Origin: Eledone cirrhosa
Taxonomy: Eukaryota
Direction of reading: 5' to 3'
Length of the DNA: 64,000 nucleotides
Assembly (NCBI GenBank): GCA_964016885.1
Contig: OZ024741.1
Coordinates: 91,946,001-92,010,000 of the forward strand
The notes beneath the pieces were generated by a model. It saw nothing but the letters and a program-made list of their open reading frames with translations. It did no database searches and was not told the DNA's origin. Made by a program: the position numbers and the translations under genes. Of the stretch, positions 40,947-54,482 are shown in pieces (position 1 is the stretch's first letter; every line of letters begins with the position of its first letter).

Positions 40947-42049
40947 TTAAACTTATTTATTTAGGTATAAACATTTGCGTTATCAATATAGATTAGTCTG
41001 GCGTAAGTATGTGTATTATAAATATAATCTGTTAATTATATGTATGTGTATGTATATTAATATCTTTATTCAAAGATGTCTACATTCAGTTGATCTTCAT
41101 AATAACAATGAATCTCTTCATGACATTTTTATTTTCGCAAACAATTTGTTGTGACATTTCAATTTGCTTCATTAAATTTATAACTACGTTTTAAATATTT
41201 TTATTTTATGAAAATAAATTGATATTTAATTAAAATTTAACTCATAAATCAATTTTTAGAACCTAAGTTTTGTCATGTAGTAGTCATGAATGCGTCTGAA
41301 GAATATAAATATAAAACGTAAATGGGTTTTATAAAGTTTACATTTGTAGCCGAAATACCTCTCCCCTAATTTACTGTTTTATTCGTGAACTTGGAAACAG
41401 CACGATTGCCACAAATGTTCTTAATAGAGTCTTCCATTTGACCCTTTTGATAAGCAGCTTTGTTAAACCGCATTTTGTTGCATAAAACAAAACCACCCAT
41501 TTTAAAAAGTTTCTATTTAAATATAAATCTTCCAACATTATTTTATATAGTAATGTTTTGTTACATTACGAATACCACGTTAATGATTCTTTCTAACGTT
41601 GGTTCAATGCGAGAAATTTAGGAGAAGGTCAAAGTCGGTTATATCGACACCAGTACTTAACCGGCGTTTTATTTTATCAAACCTGGAAGAATGAAATGCA
41701 ACGTTTACTTCGGTGTAATGGGAACTGAGAACGTAGAATGGCGTCACTAAACACCACAAAGCATTTTTCCGACGCTCTACTAATACAACCTTAACAATGA
41801 TGTAATTGATAATTCGGTTAAGTCTCTCCATTATTTAATTTAATCACCGTATTTCATTGGAAATACGGTCACCACATGTTGGGTGTTTATAAACTTAGAT
41901 ATTTGGTAAACAGAATATCTCGCCGTTTTTCAAGAGGTATTTTGGTAGCATTTTCTGGAAATCTTGAAGATTGCACATGCGCACATATATAAGAAGTGAC
42001 GTTGGTATACACTATGTGCATTTTTCATTTTATGTTACGCTGTCAAAGG

Positions 42050-42370
42050 GAAGCAGCCCGGATCTATCCAAATCATTTATTCGTGAGTGTTGACATTATG
42101 ACTTCAAATTTGACCTAAGCGCAGCAACATAAAATCGTCGCATTATCGACGCAGTGCCAGGGACTGGTTCGCACGCTTGCGTTCCAGTGATCGACCTTAA
42201 AGATCGACCTCGCTCGGGATGTCCATCCGACTTCAATGACGAGCAATTACGTGAGCCGGTGGAAGCTGACCCATGCTAATTATCACGCCAACTCGTCGAA
42301 GTGCTTGGGGCATCGAAAACAACCATCTTCAATCTCTTACAAGCAATAGGGAAAAGAAAATTGAAAACTG
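42050..42370 (+). pseudogene. mariner transposase N-terminal HTH remnant
   Basis: RDWFARLRS..LKDRPRSGCPSDFNDEQL..VEADP..SRQL...LGASKTTI..L.AIGK. Confidence 0.75.
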
Positions 42371-42804
42371 ACGAGATCATATAACAACAGTTATTCTCAT
42401 AATATCACATCCGCGTTTCGTACTCATATGCAACTCGTTCTCTTTCATTCGTGTAAAAGATTTAGTTCAGTACTGCAAATTAACTTAAACACTAATTTCT
42501 CATATATTGCACTTGCCTTCCACAACGATTCAATATACGATATGACAAAACTACGAAGTAGATTTATTGAACTATTAGTGGCAAGAAGCGTAAAGAGTGC
42601 AGGAAGGTTAATAATGTTTCATGAAAGGAAGTGGTGCGGGTGAGGGTGGGGGTGCGGCACAGCAGAGCCAAAAGCCATTAATCAAAAATATTTTTGTCAC
42701 TTATAAGATCTGAGCGCACTTCATATATTATTGGATCTCTTTGTTTTTAACCAGGTAACAACGTATGCATGAGGAAGACTTCGTTTCTACCACTTTAGAA
42801 TGTA

Positions 42805-43090
42805 CTAGCAGAATGGCCCGGCGTTGCTCGGGCTTTGCTCTAGGGTTCTTATATATTTGATATATATTTATCCTTATCGAGCCTCGTGAAATAAATACGT
42901 TTGTTTATATTTTGTTATTGTGTATGCAAAAATATCTGTATACGAATATATAATTATATATATATTTATATATTAAAATAACAGATTAAAGTTTAAGCAA
43001 AGAATCGCTGCTTTCACTCTTAACAGGATCTTCTGAAACTATAAAAATCAATCTGTGGACGCAGAAGTAAATATTTCGAAAAACGTTACA

Positions 43091-43162
<72 letters not shown>

Positions 43163-43737
43163 TAGTCTTAGATTCTTATATTCTTCCGCGCCGTTCGGCG
43201 CTCGAGCAGTAAGTACTCGCCAACGGTCACGATCAGCGGCAACTTTTACGAGATCATGCCAGGTGATGTTGGCTGCCATCAGGTCCTTCTGGAACGTTCG
43301 TCGCCAAGTGATCCTTGGGCAACCCCGCCTCCGTTTACCGCCAGGCGGAGTCCAGTTCATCGCTGTTTTCGAATGCCGTTCATTTGGCAGACGCAGAATA
43401 TGGCCAGCCAGACGGCACCGACGCTCCGTGACTACTCTCTGTAGCGTCATAATGTCGGAATGCAGACAGCCAGACATACAGACAGATATTATAAGGGCGC
43501 AACGTTATATCTATGTATCTATCTAAAATGAAAGACTAAGAATTATAGAGAGAGATCGCTAAATCACCTAATGCGGTCCCTAGGGCATTGAAAGTTTGAA
43601 ACATCTTTTGCTCAAAACACTCACAGGACCATAAGTATTACATGTGTAAAGTTTGAAAATAATCAGTTGGGTGGTTCTCGAGTTTTAGGGAGTCTGACAG
43701 ACAGACAGACGGACATTCTCTGTTTTAGATATATAGA
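42805..43737 (-). mobile_element. Non-autonomous Helitron, related to 17586-19168
   Basis: Minus strand A|TC start with (GTCT)n, 3' hairpin GCCCGAGCAACGCCGGGC + CTAG|T. Shares internal blocks with 17935-18060 and 18165-18244. Confidence 0.78.
43170..43445 (-). pseudogene. RTE LINE C-terminal fragment embedded in a Helitron
   Basis: RLAGHILRLPNER..WTPPGGKRRRGCPRITWRRT..AADRDRWR. Confidence 0.8.
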
Positions 43738-44179
43738 TAAGTTACATCATGTAGTCCCGAATATACAATACACCGTTTTGATACGTTTTGCATACACACG
43801 CACACAAGTATCGCTCTATATACAGAACGGTTTTGTTTCCATTTCAGGTAGACGCGCTCCATCATCCACTTTTCTAAAAACATATACACAAAACGCCAGC
43901 ATCAACAGTTTTCCAACAGATGACAGCATGAATGGACCTGTTATTTTTCTCTAAAAACATATTTCCGATTCCGCCCTGCCCGTGCCTTCAATTTTTCTAA
44001 TTTCTCATTCTTTCTTCTTTTGAAGGACTAGCGTCCGAAATGTTAAGGCCCTCTTCCTGCCATTTCAGGCGTTAAAATAATAAATCCCTTCCATATACTG
44101 TACCGATTGTGTTGTTCTCTGTAACCTACATAGAGCACTCTTTTTTCCTGGACCTTTCCGACGGAATTACTTCATTTAT

Positions 44180-44242
<63 letters not shown>

Positions 44243-44339
44243 GAGAGTGAGAGAGAGAGAGAGTGAGAGAGAGACAAATAGTGGTAGAACACTGGAAGGT
44301 AATATCCGTAGTGGTAGAGCACTCAGTCCATTGGACGAG

Positions 44340-45865
44340 TTAGGTACACTACCGTCGATGGTTTAGACAGGTTAATCATCGCTCACTGCCAGAAAACCAT
44401 CTTCTTCAACAATGGAGTAGCCTGGACAAAGAAGTCAACAACTGCACATCTATTCGACGTCTCCATGGGATCGTTTGACAGTGCTGACGTATGCGACTTG
44501 GTTGGCCTATTTATTTTAGATATATTACATGTTAGATTCCCGGACTTCCACACGGGAATATACCGCGACGATGGACTGACCTTATCGAGCCATAAAGGTG
44601 GTCACGACCTCGACCGGTTTAAAAAAGAAATAGCTTCTACCTTCAATGAGTTACGACTTAGGATAACAGTAGCTACCAACCTCTCTAGCGTAGATTTCTT
44701 AGATTAATTTAGACCTTCGCACACACACCTACAGACCCTTCCATAAGCTAAACGAAAATCTCAATTACATTCACAAGGACTCATGCCACCCTGTTTTTAG
44801 AAACTTCATAAATAATATCAGTACTAGAATCTTAAACCTCTCCTCTAATAAGGCTATCTTTGGTAGCGCGGCACCCTACTATAACACGGCGTTAGCTAAC
44901 AGCGGCTTCTCGCAACCTATCACTTACTCTCCCACTAACAACAACAGCAATAAGAAAAGAAAGCGTAGCAATAGACAAACTATCTGGTTGTCTCCTCCCT
45001 TCTCACTCAACGTTAAAACCAATGTGGGCAGACATTTCTAGCCCCCTTAGATAGTCACTTTCCCATAAGTCATAAATACCGCTCCATCTTTAACCGACAC
45101 AAAGTAAAACTAGGATACTTCTGCGCTAAGAACATGAAGGCCCACATCACCAACAGCCCTGAGAGCAACACCACACCAGGCTGCTCCTGCCGTAAGCCCG
45201 AAGCTTGTCCCCTTCAACAGCAATGCAACACACCCTCTGTAGTTTATGAAGTTGTGGTCACTTCCAACCGACTAAATCAACCAGAGGAGTTCAAAACCTA
45301 TGTGGGTATGGCGGAGGGCCGATTTTAGGAACGCTTCCTGAACCACCAGTCGACCTTTAGGTACCCGGACAGACGTTCATCCACGAAACTCGCGAGCCAC
45401 GTATGGTCCCTCAAGGACTCAAGTATAGACTACTCCATTCAATGGAAAGCCAACACTAAATCCAAGCCATACGCAAGGGGCAATCCGTCGTGTGGACTAT
45501 GCATTGATGAACGAATTAATATTCTAAAGAGATTACGCAATAGTGATTGCCTAAACACGAGAAATGAATTCTTCACACGTTGTCCACACGTCTGGAAACA
45601 CCTCTTACATAACTACAAAGCTCCGGATTGAATTACAACAACATCCTAATTTTCTTATCGACTAGAAACGTTCGGACTTTCGCAGTTATCTCCCTTACAC
45701 CTCTCGCACGCAATTTAGTATTGCCTGTGTGAAGTGATCGTTTCTGTGCATGCGCGTTCGTACGCTTGTCCTTCCTGTTCCGTATAACCATGCCCATTAC
45801 GAGCTGAGGATCCGCTAAGGTGAAACGATTGTTCTCGGTATGGTGAACTAACTGTTGTGTAACCA

Positions 45866-45868
<3 letters not shown>
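44340..45868 (+). mobile_element. Naiad-type PLE, 5'-truncated, decayed RT + GIY-YIG + HHR
   Basis: FDVSMGSFDSADVCDLVG, GIYRDDGL, VDFLD; CSCRKPEACPLQQQC, VVY..YVG, CGLC..E, CPH..* at about 45631. Ends in (TA)n. Confidence 0.9.
45800..45837 (+). ncRNA. Minimal hammerhead ribozyme at PLE 3' end
   Basis: cgag CTGAGGA t cc gctaa gg t GAAA cgattg TT| ctcg. Confidence 0.72.
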
Positions 45869-45954
<86 letters not shown>

Positions 45955-45956
<2 letters not shown>

Positions 45957-46700
45957 TTTATCAAATGATTATATGGACATACTTCATCGTATATTGCTCT
46001 GATTGTTGATTAATTAATTAATTAATTCGTCATTGAGCGCCATCGTGAATTGGTCGCCAAAATCACACATATATATATATATATATCCATGACTTTGTCT
46101 AGTTTATGTATATGTAAATCTTTATATTTGATAATCTCCCATATGGTTGAGATGCAATTTAGGCAGTATTAGGCTGCGCTTTCTAGCAACCAGCCCACTC
46201 GCCGTAAGGCACTAATCACATTCTTTCTGACTTGACCACTAGCTTCGTCACAGTTCTTAGCCATTTTGAATTCGTTTCTGGCGGGGATTATTTAAGAAAA
46301 ATCTTCGTCCAATTGAGTTTGTTTCCTGATGATTTCGAAACTCGTGAATTCATCCTTGATCGGATATTTCCAAAAAGCGAATGAAACCTCTTGGGGTAGA
46401 AACATAATTTTGGTATGCTTATACACATTTTTTCTTCTAACTTTGATTTTGTACCTAATTGTGTATGGTTGACGATATATCTAGTCGATTTCCACGTGTT
46501 ATTAGAAATGCTGGGTAAATATTCTATGGCTGTTGATCGCGGATAGATAGCTATCGTTGATTTATCTATTGTTTCTTCATAGATGCCTTTTAATCTTATA
46601 GCCCTGTTTAATTGTTTTTTGTGTGGTTGATTATGCTGATTGGGAGAGGAAATAATGTATATATTTTATCAAATAATTCTATGGACATACTTTATCGTAT
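45955..46700 (+). mobile_element. Retrozyme-like unit, family B' (one monomer of about 710 nt plus about 40-nt terminal repeat)
   Basis: TATTTTATCAAAT..ATGGACATACTT.ATCGTAT at both ends; colinear with family B; HHR 46320-46404. Confidence 0.8.
46320..46404 (+). ncRNA. Hammerhead ribozyme with extended stem II
   Basis: tgtttc CTGATGA t ttcg...cgaa t GAAA cctcttgggg TA| gaaaca. Confidence 0.75.
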
Positions 46701-46730
46701 ATATATATATATACATGGGAGGTCTATGTG

Positions 46731-46765
<35 letters not shown>

Positions 46766-46769
<4 letters not shown>

Positions 46770-46816
46770 TCAGAAGATCCCGTTAAGGGTGAAAGCAGTG
46801 ATTCTTTGCTTAAACT
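46766..46816 (+). ncRNA. Hammerhead-like motif, U4A core variant (siblings 42990-43040 minus, 18213-18244 plus, partial)
   Basis: agttt CAGAAGA t ccc gttaa ggg t GAAA gca gtgattctt tgc TT| aaact. Confidence 0.6.
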
Positions 46817-47002
46817 TTAATGTTATTTTAATAAATATATATAGGTCAAATACCAATCCTACTAGCATCTACAAACTGACCAATGAGAATTAAGAGTATT
46901 CCTGCTGACAACATTAAATTATTGCTAACAAGCTCATGTGTACCAAGGCTCTGATACCATCAACACTATAAACACAGAGCTGGCATATCTAAGAACTGAC
47001 TA

Positions 47003-47058
47003 ACTGCCTGATGAGGTCATAGCCATTCAATGGCTATCATCGAAATATATATAGCAGT
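47003..47058 (+). ncRNA. Hammerhead ribozyme
   Basis: actgc CTGATGA ggt c atagcca ttcaa tggctat c atc GAAA tatata TA| gcagt. Confidence 0.85.
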
Positions 47059-47285
47059 AAATAAAGGATTATGAGTTCATGCAATTGACTTATGTTTCGT
47101 CACTATATATATATATATATATATGAAAATGTTAGACCCCGACGGCAGAGCTCAAGCCGTTTCGACGGCTATTTCAGTCCAGAAATAGCCGAAACTCTGC
47201 CGTCGGGGTGTAAAATTTTCCTATTACCCACTCTACTACCCTAAGTGCGTGATGGTCCATCTGGTTCCTTACCACACCCCCTTCG

Positions 47286-47328
<43 letters not shown>

Positions 47329-47427
47329 AAAAAGTATGTCCCCGACGGCAGAGCTCAAGCCGTTTCGACGGCTATTTCTGGACTAAAAAACAAAAAAAAA
47401 TCTGGTTTCTTACCACAACTCCTTCGT

Positions 47428-47471
<44 letters not shown>

Positions 47472-48360
47472 AGAATGTATATATACATACATATATACAT
47501 ATACATATATATATACCTATATATATTCGTGTATGTATATACGTTTATATCCAAATGTATATCTATCTAATGAAGAATACATGCATACAAATAGACGCAG
47601 GTATAAATATACTGAAAGCCTTCAACGTCTAATTATAGAGATTGAACATGGTTGATCATGTGCCTGTGTGTGTATTGATATATATAGGTGTGTCAATGTG
47701 ATTATGTGTGTGATTATAAACGTGGATATATCTATGTGATTGAGTGTTTATTTATGAATGTGGATGTGTCCATGTGATTGTGACTATTTATAAATCTGGT
47801 TGTATCTATCCGTGTGAATGTGTGTATATTTATGAAGTTGGATGTCTATCCGTGTGATTCTTTGTGTGTTCGTGTTTATTTAGGTTTATGTATTTCACAT
47901 AAAATCTCTGCAGATTTTCATCATCAGTGCCTAGACCAGCATGGAGTCGTATAAGTCATTCTTAATATATAACAGAGCGGAAGGTACCTATCGACTATAC
48001 ATTCAGCTTACTGTCAGTTGGCCAACTTAACTACGTAGAATCTCATAATACCATTCTTGTTTCGAAGCTGTGTATGCTGTTTGTATATCCGCTGCATCTG
48101 TCTAAATAGATCAGCTGCCAGTGTAGTCTTTAGTCTTTAGTAACTTTCCAAACGAAATCTACTAAAGAATATACAACTACTCGAATAAACCATAATCGTA
48201 CTACTTTCTCAAGAAAAATTCCGTCTATATATATATATATATATATTTATATTCATACATAAATACATGTATGTGAAAGTGTACCCACACATACATGTAT
48301 ATGTATATGTCTATGTCTATATATATATATATATGTATATACATATATAAATATGTACAT

Positions 48361-48400
<40 letters not shown>

Positions 48401-49958
48401 AGTTAAGAGAAAGTGACGGTGACCTTGACCTTTATAAGCTCCACTCTGTTATTAAAGTAGATATACTTTAGTATCATACTGTATGTAGTGTATCCTACGG
48501 GGTCGTTGTTGTATTACATTTCTGTATTGTCTGAACCGATTCTCATCATGCTTTTAGCACGCAGCTACCATCTCGTGACTCCGCCATTGTTTTGGTTTTT
48601 ATTGGGATCCTTCATAGATGAACGATCTCCATTGCCTTTTCCCTCACACAGAATTTCTTGTGGAGATTTACTTACTATTTATTTAATAGATTTTAGGAAT
48701 GTTTACAGGGCCAAGAACATATGCTGCCAAACTTAAATGTCAATATGTTTCTCTTTTTTATTAATTGAATAACTATAGGTAGCATTTTTCACAAGCAACA
48801 ACTAATTTATATTCATTGTTCCTTTCATCTATCATTCCTCGTTGCATCCAATAATCCAAAGATCCTTTATATTCCTCTCCTTTCCAGTGCTCTACAGGAG
48901 TCTCCCAGCGCCCTCAATGGAACATTGGTGCCTATATTAGCCATTATCTATCTAAACTACATAAATCTGCTTTTTTCCAATCCATCACTCTCCGCATTAC
49001 ACTATACTCACAATAATATTTCAACTCCGCTATGGAAGTTGACAAAACAAAATACTCGTTTAGTATAAACTGCTTGCACGATTTAAATGAATTAATCTGC
49101 CTATCCATGGTACCTATTTTTAGGTTAAATGGATCGTTAAATCATATACGATTGTATCTCCTATGTAAGAGGATATATCGTGTGGCATGAATATGTTATT
49201 CATTTCATTACTGGACATATACTAATTGGCAATTCCCCTTGGCATCTATTTTGCCACTTCGCTGCATAGATAATTGTCATTAATTTATCAATCTAATTTC
49301 ACAAAATTAGATCATTTAAGAAGATGAAGCGATTCTTTATATTCTAGATGGTCCTATATGTAACAAATCATCACAAAACCATTTTCCACATTTCCACGCC
49401 CTTGGTTATATCTGTATGAATGCGTATATGTGTTTACCTACGTGGTTGTATGCATTTGTATATGCGTGAATATATATATATGTGTATGTGTGTATGTGTA
49501 TATACATATATGTGTATATATATATACATATATATATGTGTGTATATAATATATATGTGTGTGTATATATATATATATCTATACATACATGCATATATAT
49601 ATGGTAAATGAAATAATTATCTTATGTTGTTTATTACATAACTAAAAAGCTCTGTAGCCTACATAGAGCACTCTCTTTTCCTTTACCTTTCCTACGTAAA
49701 TACTTAATTTATATATATATATATATATATATACGGATTAACAAATAATAGTTAAATGCAGTCCACTTAGGTGAAGTCCAGTTATGGTATTCCAGGTAGT
49801 GGATGATATTAACGCTTGGCTTGGTTTGACTCAACAAGGCGTTTTCATAGTGATGCTGCGGGTATGCTGTAATTCCTATGTTGTAAACACTTGGAGTAAT
49901 AATAAATCAGGAAAGAAGGTTTACATGGTTTGCTATACAAAAAATTTTTAATCACATA

Positions 49959-50064
49959 GCTTACATTTGTTTCACTGAGCTGGTATGTCTAGAGATCGCT
50001 ATCCGCCTAATTTTGCGTCACTCGATCGCCAATACAGAATTATAACCAGTCAGATCTTAGGAGC
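49959..50064 (-). ncRNA. Hammerhead-like motif with long stem II, mutated core
   Basis: gct CCTAAGA t ctga ctggt...accag c tcag t GAAA caaatg TA| agc. Confidence 0.5.
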
Positions 50065-50448
50065 ATGCGAGAATGAAGAAAATACACAGGCAAGAAAATA
50101 AAAGAAAATATGGAGTAGTTATGGCATTCAATAACAACAACAATTATTACAACAATGCTATCAATAAACTATTTAAGGAGACCCTGACATTACTTAGGTG
50201 GGGGGTATATAATGTATCTAATGTTACGGCGTGAAAACCAGCTGTCATAAGGCAAAAAGTATCGTAGTGTGTATCAATTTTAAATTATAAAGATAAGCTA
50301 GTTTTTACAGTCTTTCTCTTCATCTTCAACAGTATACATGAGTGGGACCACTGTCAAAACTCAATAGTTGTAGAGTTAATACAGAGTTGTAGAGTTAATA
50401 CAGTTAATATATGCGTATATTAATACGAATTAATATACGCATATATCT

Positions 50449-50541
<93 letters not shown>

Positions 50542-50875
50542 AATATAAATATATATACACATATATGTGTACATAGACACATACATGCACATTAATATAC
50601 ACTCGTACAAAAATATACATACATGCAAAGAGAAAAGCGTGCTAATTGTAATATGGCAAAAAGAAGGTAAAGTAACATTGTAGTAGTGAAATGAGAAAAA
50701 CTAGGATCTAGGATCAAATGATTGCAGCAGCTGAGAAGGAGTAAGATTGTTGGTAGATGAGGTATTTACAGACTATTGTGTGGTATCGACTTGTGAAGGA
50801 AATAGTATACTTAATGAATATATTTTTTGTGGGTAGTAGGTATCCTAATTTAAAGCTATGTTATGTTGGTTCGAT

Positions 50876-52162
50876 TCACGGAGGTTTGAATCTTATGAAT
50901 TTAGTGGCTATTCTATGTCTGCAGAAGATAGATCTTTCTAACTTATTATTAAGTAGCCTTTTAACATTTCTAAGGATATACAATAGCTCAAGATCACACA
51001 GCCCGCAATAGGACATACCTGTACTATAGGTTTTAGCAGCCGACAACTTCGACCAGTTGATAGTGTAGCTAGCGTTGCTGTCCTTCAATTCCCATATTTT
51101 TCTGGCGAGGGTGGTGGAACCCATAAGAGCTCGGTTTTTCATCAAGTGCCTGTTCACATACCATCTTTTCTTAAAAGAGCCCGCGGTGGATCCTATGTAA
51201 TTCCAAGTGGAGTTACCCGAGATGACAGTGCACATGTACACCAGGCTCGAATCGAGACATCTGTTCGCCAATGGGCACCTATCTGGGAGGTGACAGTTGC
51301 AGTTTGAGGCGCTATTATGTGCAGCTTTTACATTCCTATTTAGTACCCTGTTATAAGTGGGTTGTGATATATGCCCAATGGGGTTTTGCTGCTGCGCGTT
51401 TGTATGCGCTTGTGGTTGTGATGTTGTGATGAGTTTGTGCTTATGTATAGGTGCAATTGATTTACTTGAGATATTTCTGCGGTTGATCTTGCGTATGTGT
51501 GATTCTATGTTAGCTGCTGTTGAAAAAGAGAGTTTTATAGTAGATCTATTGAGTATTTTGTGATATCTATGCGAGATAGGGAAGTGTTTATCTATTAGTT
51601 TAAAGAATGTAGAGGGCATTCTAGTTTTTATAGAGGAGTTGAATATTGGGTTGAACCATAGGTATTTTCTTTGTCTGTTTCTTCTATTGTTTCTAGGGTT
51701 TACGTTATTAGTGTTTTGGCCGTTTACTCTAGGTGTTACATGTCTAACCCTATGTCTAGTCAAGCTATTCCTATTATTATGTGAGCGGTTGGAGTAGAAA
51801 TTACTAGGATTGTTTATGTTGTCCTTATTCACTATATACTGTAGTTTATCTTTATGACCGGCCCTACTTAATGCTGCATTATAATAGTCAGCATGCTCGT
51901 TAAAGATTTCTAGGTTTGAAGATAGGCGGGATATTCGGAGGGATATACTACGTGCTATGAATTTAATTATGGATTTGGGGTGATTTGAGTTGTAACTAAT
52001 GTAGGCAAGATTTTCATTATTTTTGTGGAAAGGTTCTATTAATCCAGTATTTAGATTTAGAGTTACATCTAGAAAATTTACCTTCTTATGGTTTAGTTCG
52101 TAGGTAATACTTAGGCCTAGTTTTTTGAAGAATATTCTAATATTTTTCCTTAGTCTTTCCAT
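50876..52162 (-). pseudogene. PLE RT thumb + Zn-finger + GIY-YIG endonuclease
   Basis: NFLDVTLNL, SNHPKSI, WFNPIF, CNC-x5-CPL-x3-C, VY...YIG, CGLC, CRH. Confidence 0.9.
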
Positions 52163-52857
52163 GCTCTAAGTAACGTGTCGTCCCTATAAATTCCTCCTTG
52201 GAGGTTACTGAATTCCTTATGTAAGTTGTGTGCTATGAATAGCCCCACGATATCTGTAATTTGCGCAGAATCATTTGAACCCATTGTAATATCGAAGCTA
52301 TTTATTCTATCCTTTCTTACCCAGTAGTTATTTTCAAATTTTACGATAGTCCTTCTAGCTGCTATTATTATTTCAATTTCATCATGGGTAAGATCAGAGT
52401 TATTTTGGGCAAATATAAGCGCCTTATCTAGGGTAGCTGGGGATATGGATGCATAATAGTCGTCTATATCAAATTGTATGAAGTTACACGTCTCCCTATT
52501 TTGTATTTTATTGAACCATTTAATTGCCTCGTTAGTGTTGCCCCATAGATTGATTTCTAGTTTACCCTTTATTTGTGCGATTACCCTATCTAGAATGTTT
52601 TTGCTAATTTTACCTATGTCTGACTCGGATGGGCATATTAATCTAATGGTAGGATTAGTTTCAAAGTTATTTTTGTGATCTTTCAGGTTAAATGTAGGGT
52701 TGCACGGGGTCTGCGGTTCGGTCCTATCTGAAATTCCGAGTTTATTAACTATCTTGAGGCCCTCCGTGTTTATGCTGGTGAGTGTAGATTCATTTGTTTT
52801 TTTGTATTTTTTATGTAGTTCACGCTGAATAAAGTTATTGTATGTGTTAATGTCCAT
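52150..52857 (-). pseudogene. PLE reverse transcriptase core (frameshifted)
   Basis: RT motifs KDHK, IRLICP, FDIDDYY, MGS, YRDD. Confidence 0.9.
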
Positions 52858-52889
52858 AGAGTATACGTTTGATGTTTTGTCTGCTTTTA

Positions 52890-53635
52890 CTATTATATTA
52901 TATTATATTATATTATATTATATTATATTATATTATATTATATTATATTATATATTATATTATATTATATTATATTATATTATATTATATTATATTATAT
53001 TATAATATATTATATCATATCATATCATATCATATCATATCATATCATATCATATCATATCATATCATATCATATCATATCATATCATATCATATCATAT
53101 CATATCATATCATATCATATCATATCATATCATATCATATCATATCATATCATATCATATCATATCATATCATATCATATCATATCATATCATATCATAT
53201 CATATCATATCATATCATATCATATCATATCATATCATATCATATCATACCATACCATACCATACCATACCATACCATACCATACCATACCATACCATAC
53301 CATACCATACCATACCATACCATTATATATTATATATTTTATATTTTATATTATATTATATTATATTATATTATATTATATTATATTATGGGCGGTGGAT
53401 TGGCAGTATCGGTAGAGGGTCGGACGCCATGCTTTCCAGCATAGTTACGTCCCTTTACGATCTGAGTTCAAATCCCGCCGAGGTTGACTTTGCCTTTCAT
53501 CCTTACGGGGTCGATAAAATAAAGTACCAGTAATGCACTGGGTAATTGCTGGCCTTGTGCCAAAAGTAGAAACAATTATATTATATTATATTATATTATA
53601 TTATATTATATTATATTATATTATATTATATTATA
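52890..53635. repeat. Compound pentanucleotide array (TATTA)n-(TATCA)n-(TACCA)n-(TATTA)n interrupted by a SINE
   Basis: Directly visible. Confidence 0.95.
53391..53578 (+). mobile_element. Same SINE family within a (TATTA)n array
   Basis: Full-length copy; tail runs into (ATTAT)n. Confidence 0.9.
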
Positions 53636-54260
53636 GAAGGTGAAGTTGAGTCGTTTGAGCATCGGATGAAATGTTTCGGATTTTGTTCTGGCCTTCAGCA
53701 CTCTGAATTGAGATCTTTGGTTTTCATCCTATCGACTACACATTCAGCTTACTGTATGTGTTGGTCAACTTAACAACATAGAATCTCATGATACCATTCT
53801 TGCTTTGAAGCTTTGTATGATGTTTGTATATCTGCTGCATCTGTCTAAATAGATAACTATAGTACCAGTTCATGAACAAAGGAGTTGCAAAATCGTTAAA
53901 AGTCAGGCCGGATGCTATGCGATATCTCTTTTGGCTCAGTACTTTCCGAGTACAAATCGAACCTCCATCCGTGACCGGCAAAGCGGTGACGCTTATGCCA
54001 GGAGTTACGACTAGTTGGTAGTATACTTTCTTCCTAAGCAGGATGGTCTATCGTGGGAAGTAATTAACATAAAAATGCAATCATGGACATTCCGGAATAC
54101 CAACTGAAATATTTTTATGGTGTCGTGTACTCTGCTGTAAGTGTTAGAAAAAATAAAGTGAAAAATATATCGATACTCAAAGACATGCACACACACTGAC
54201 ACAGACATAGCTATTCTATTTATATATATATGAATACACCCCACCCATCCACCCCCCCCC

Positions 54261-54291
<31 letters not shown>

Positions 54292-54426
54292 GTGTGTGTG
54301 TGTATGTGTGTGTGTGTGTGTGTCTGTCTGTATGTGTGTGGATCCCGGGTTCAAGAGTTCAATCGGGGTTAACCACAGCAAGTAAGGTACTTAATACATA
54401 GAGAAAATGAAATATGTAATATAGAA

Positions 54427-54482
54427 ATGGCTTCTACATGATTAGAACTATTTCAATCGAAGGAAATCATCAGGAAAGCCAT
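54427..54482 (-). ncRNA. Decaying hammerhead ribozyme; rearranged sibling at 4826-4990
   Basis: atggctttc CTGATGA tttc cttc gatt GAAA tagttctaatcatg TA| gaagccat; the sibling supplies cag/ctg stem III. Confidence 0.55.

Larger units (their letters stand above)
49735..52868 (-). mobile_element. Penelope-like retroelement (Naiad-type), 5'-truncated, RT + GIY-YIG, with 3' UTR/pLTR carrying an HHR-like motif
   Basis: ORFs 52150-52857 (FDIDDYYASI, MGSNDSAQITDIVG, GIYRDD) and 50876-52162 (FLDVTL, CNCHLPDRCPLANRC, LVY..YIGST, CGLC..E, CRH) joined by a frameshift near 52155. The 3' end abuts (TA)n at about 49710-49733. Confidence 0.93.

Noticed and set aside
47990-48112. Duplicated block (also 53728-53853) as a conserved exon
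   Set aside because: Reverse translation resembles a CR1/L2 LINE 3' end; ordinary dispersed repeat
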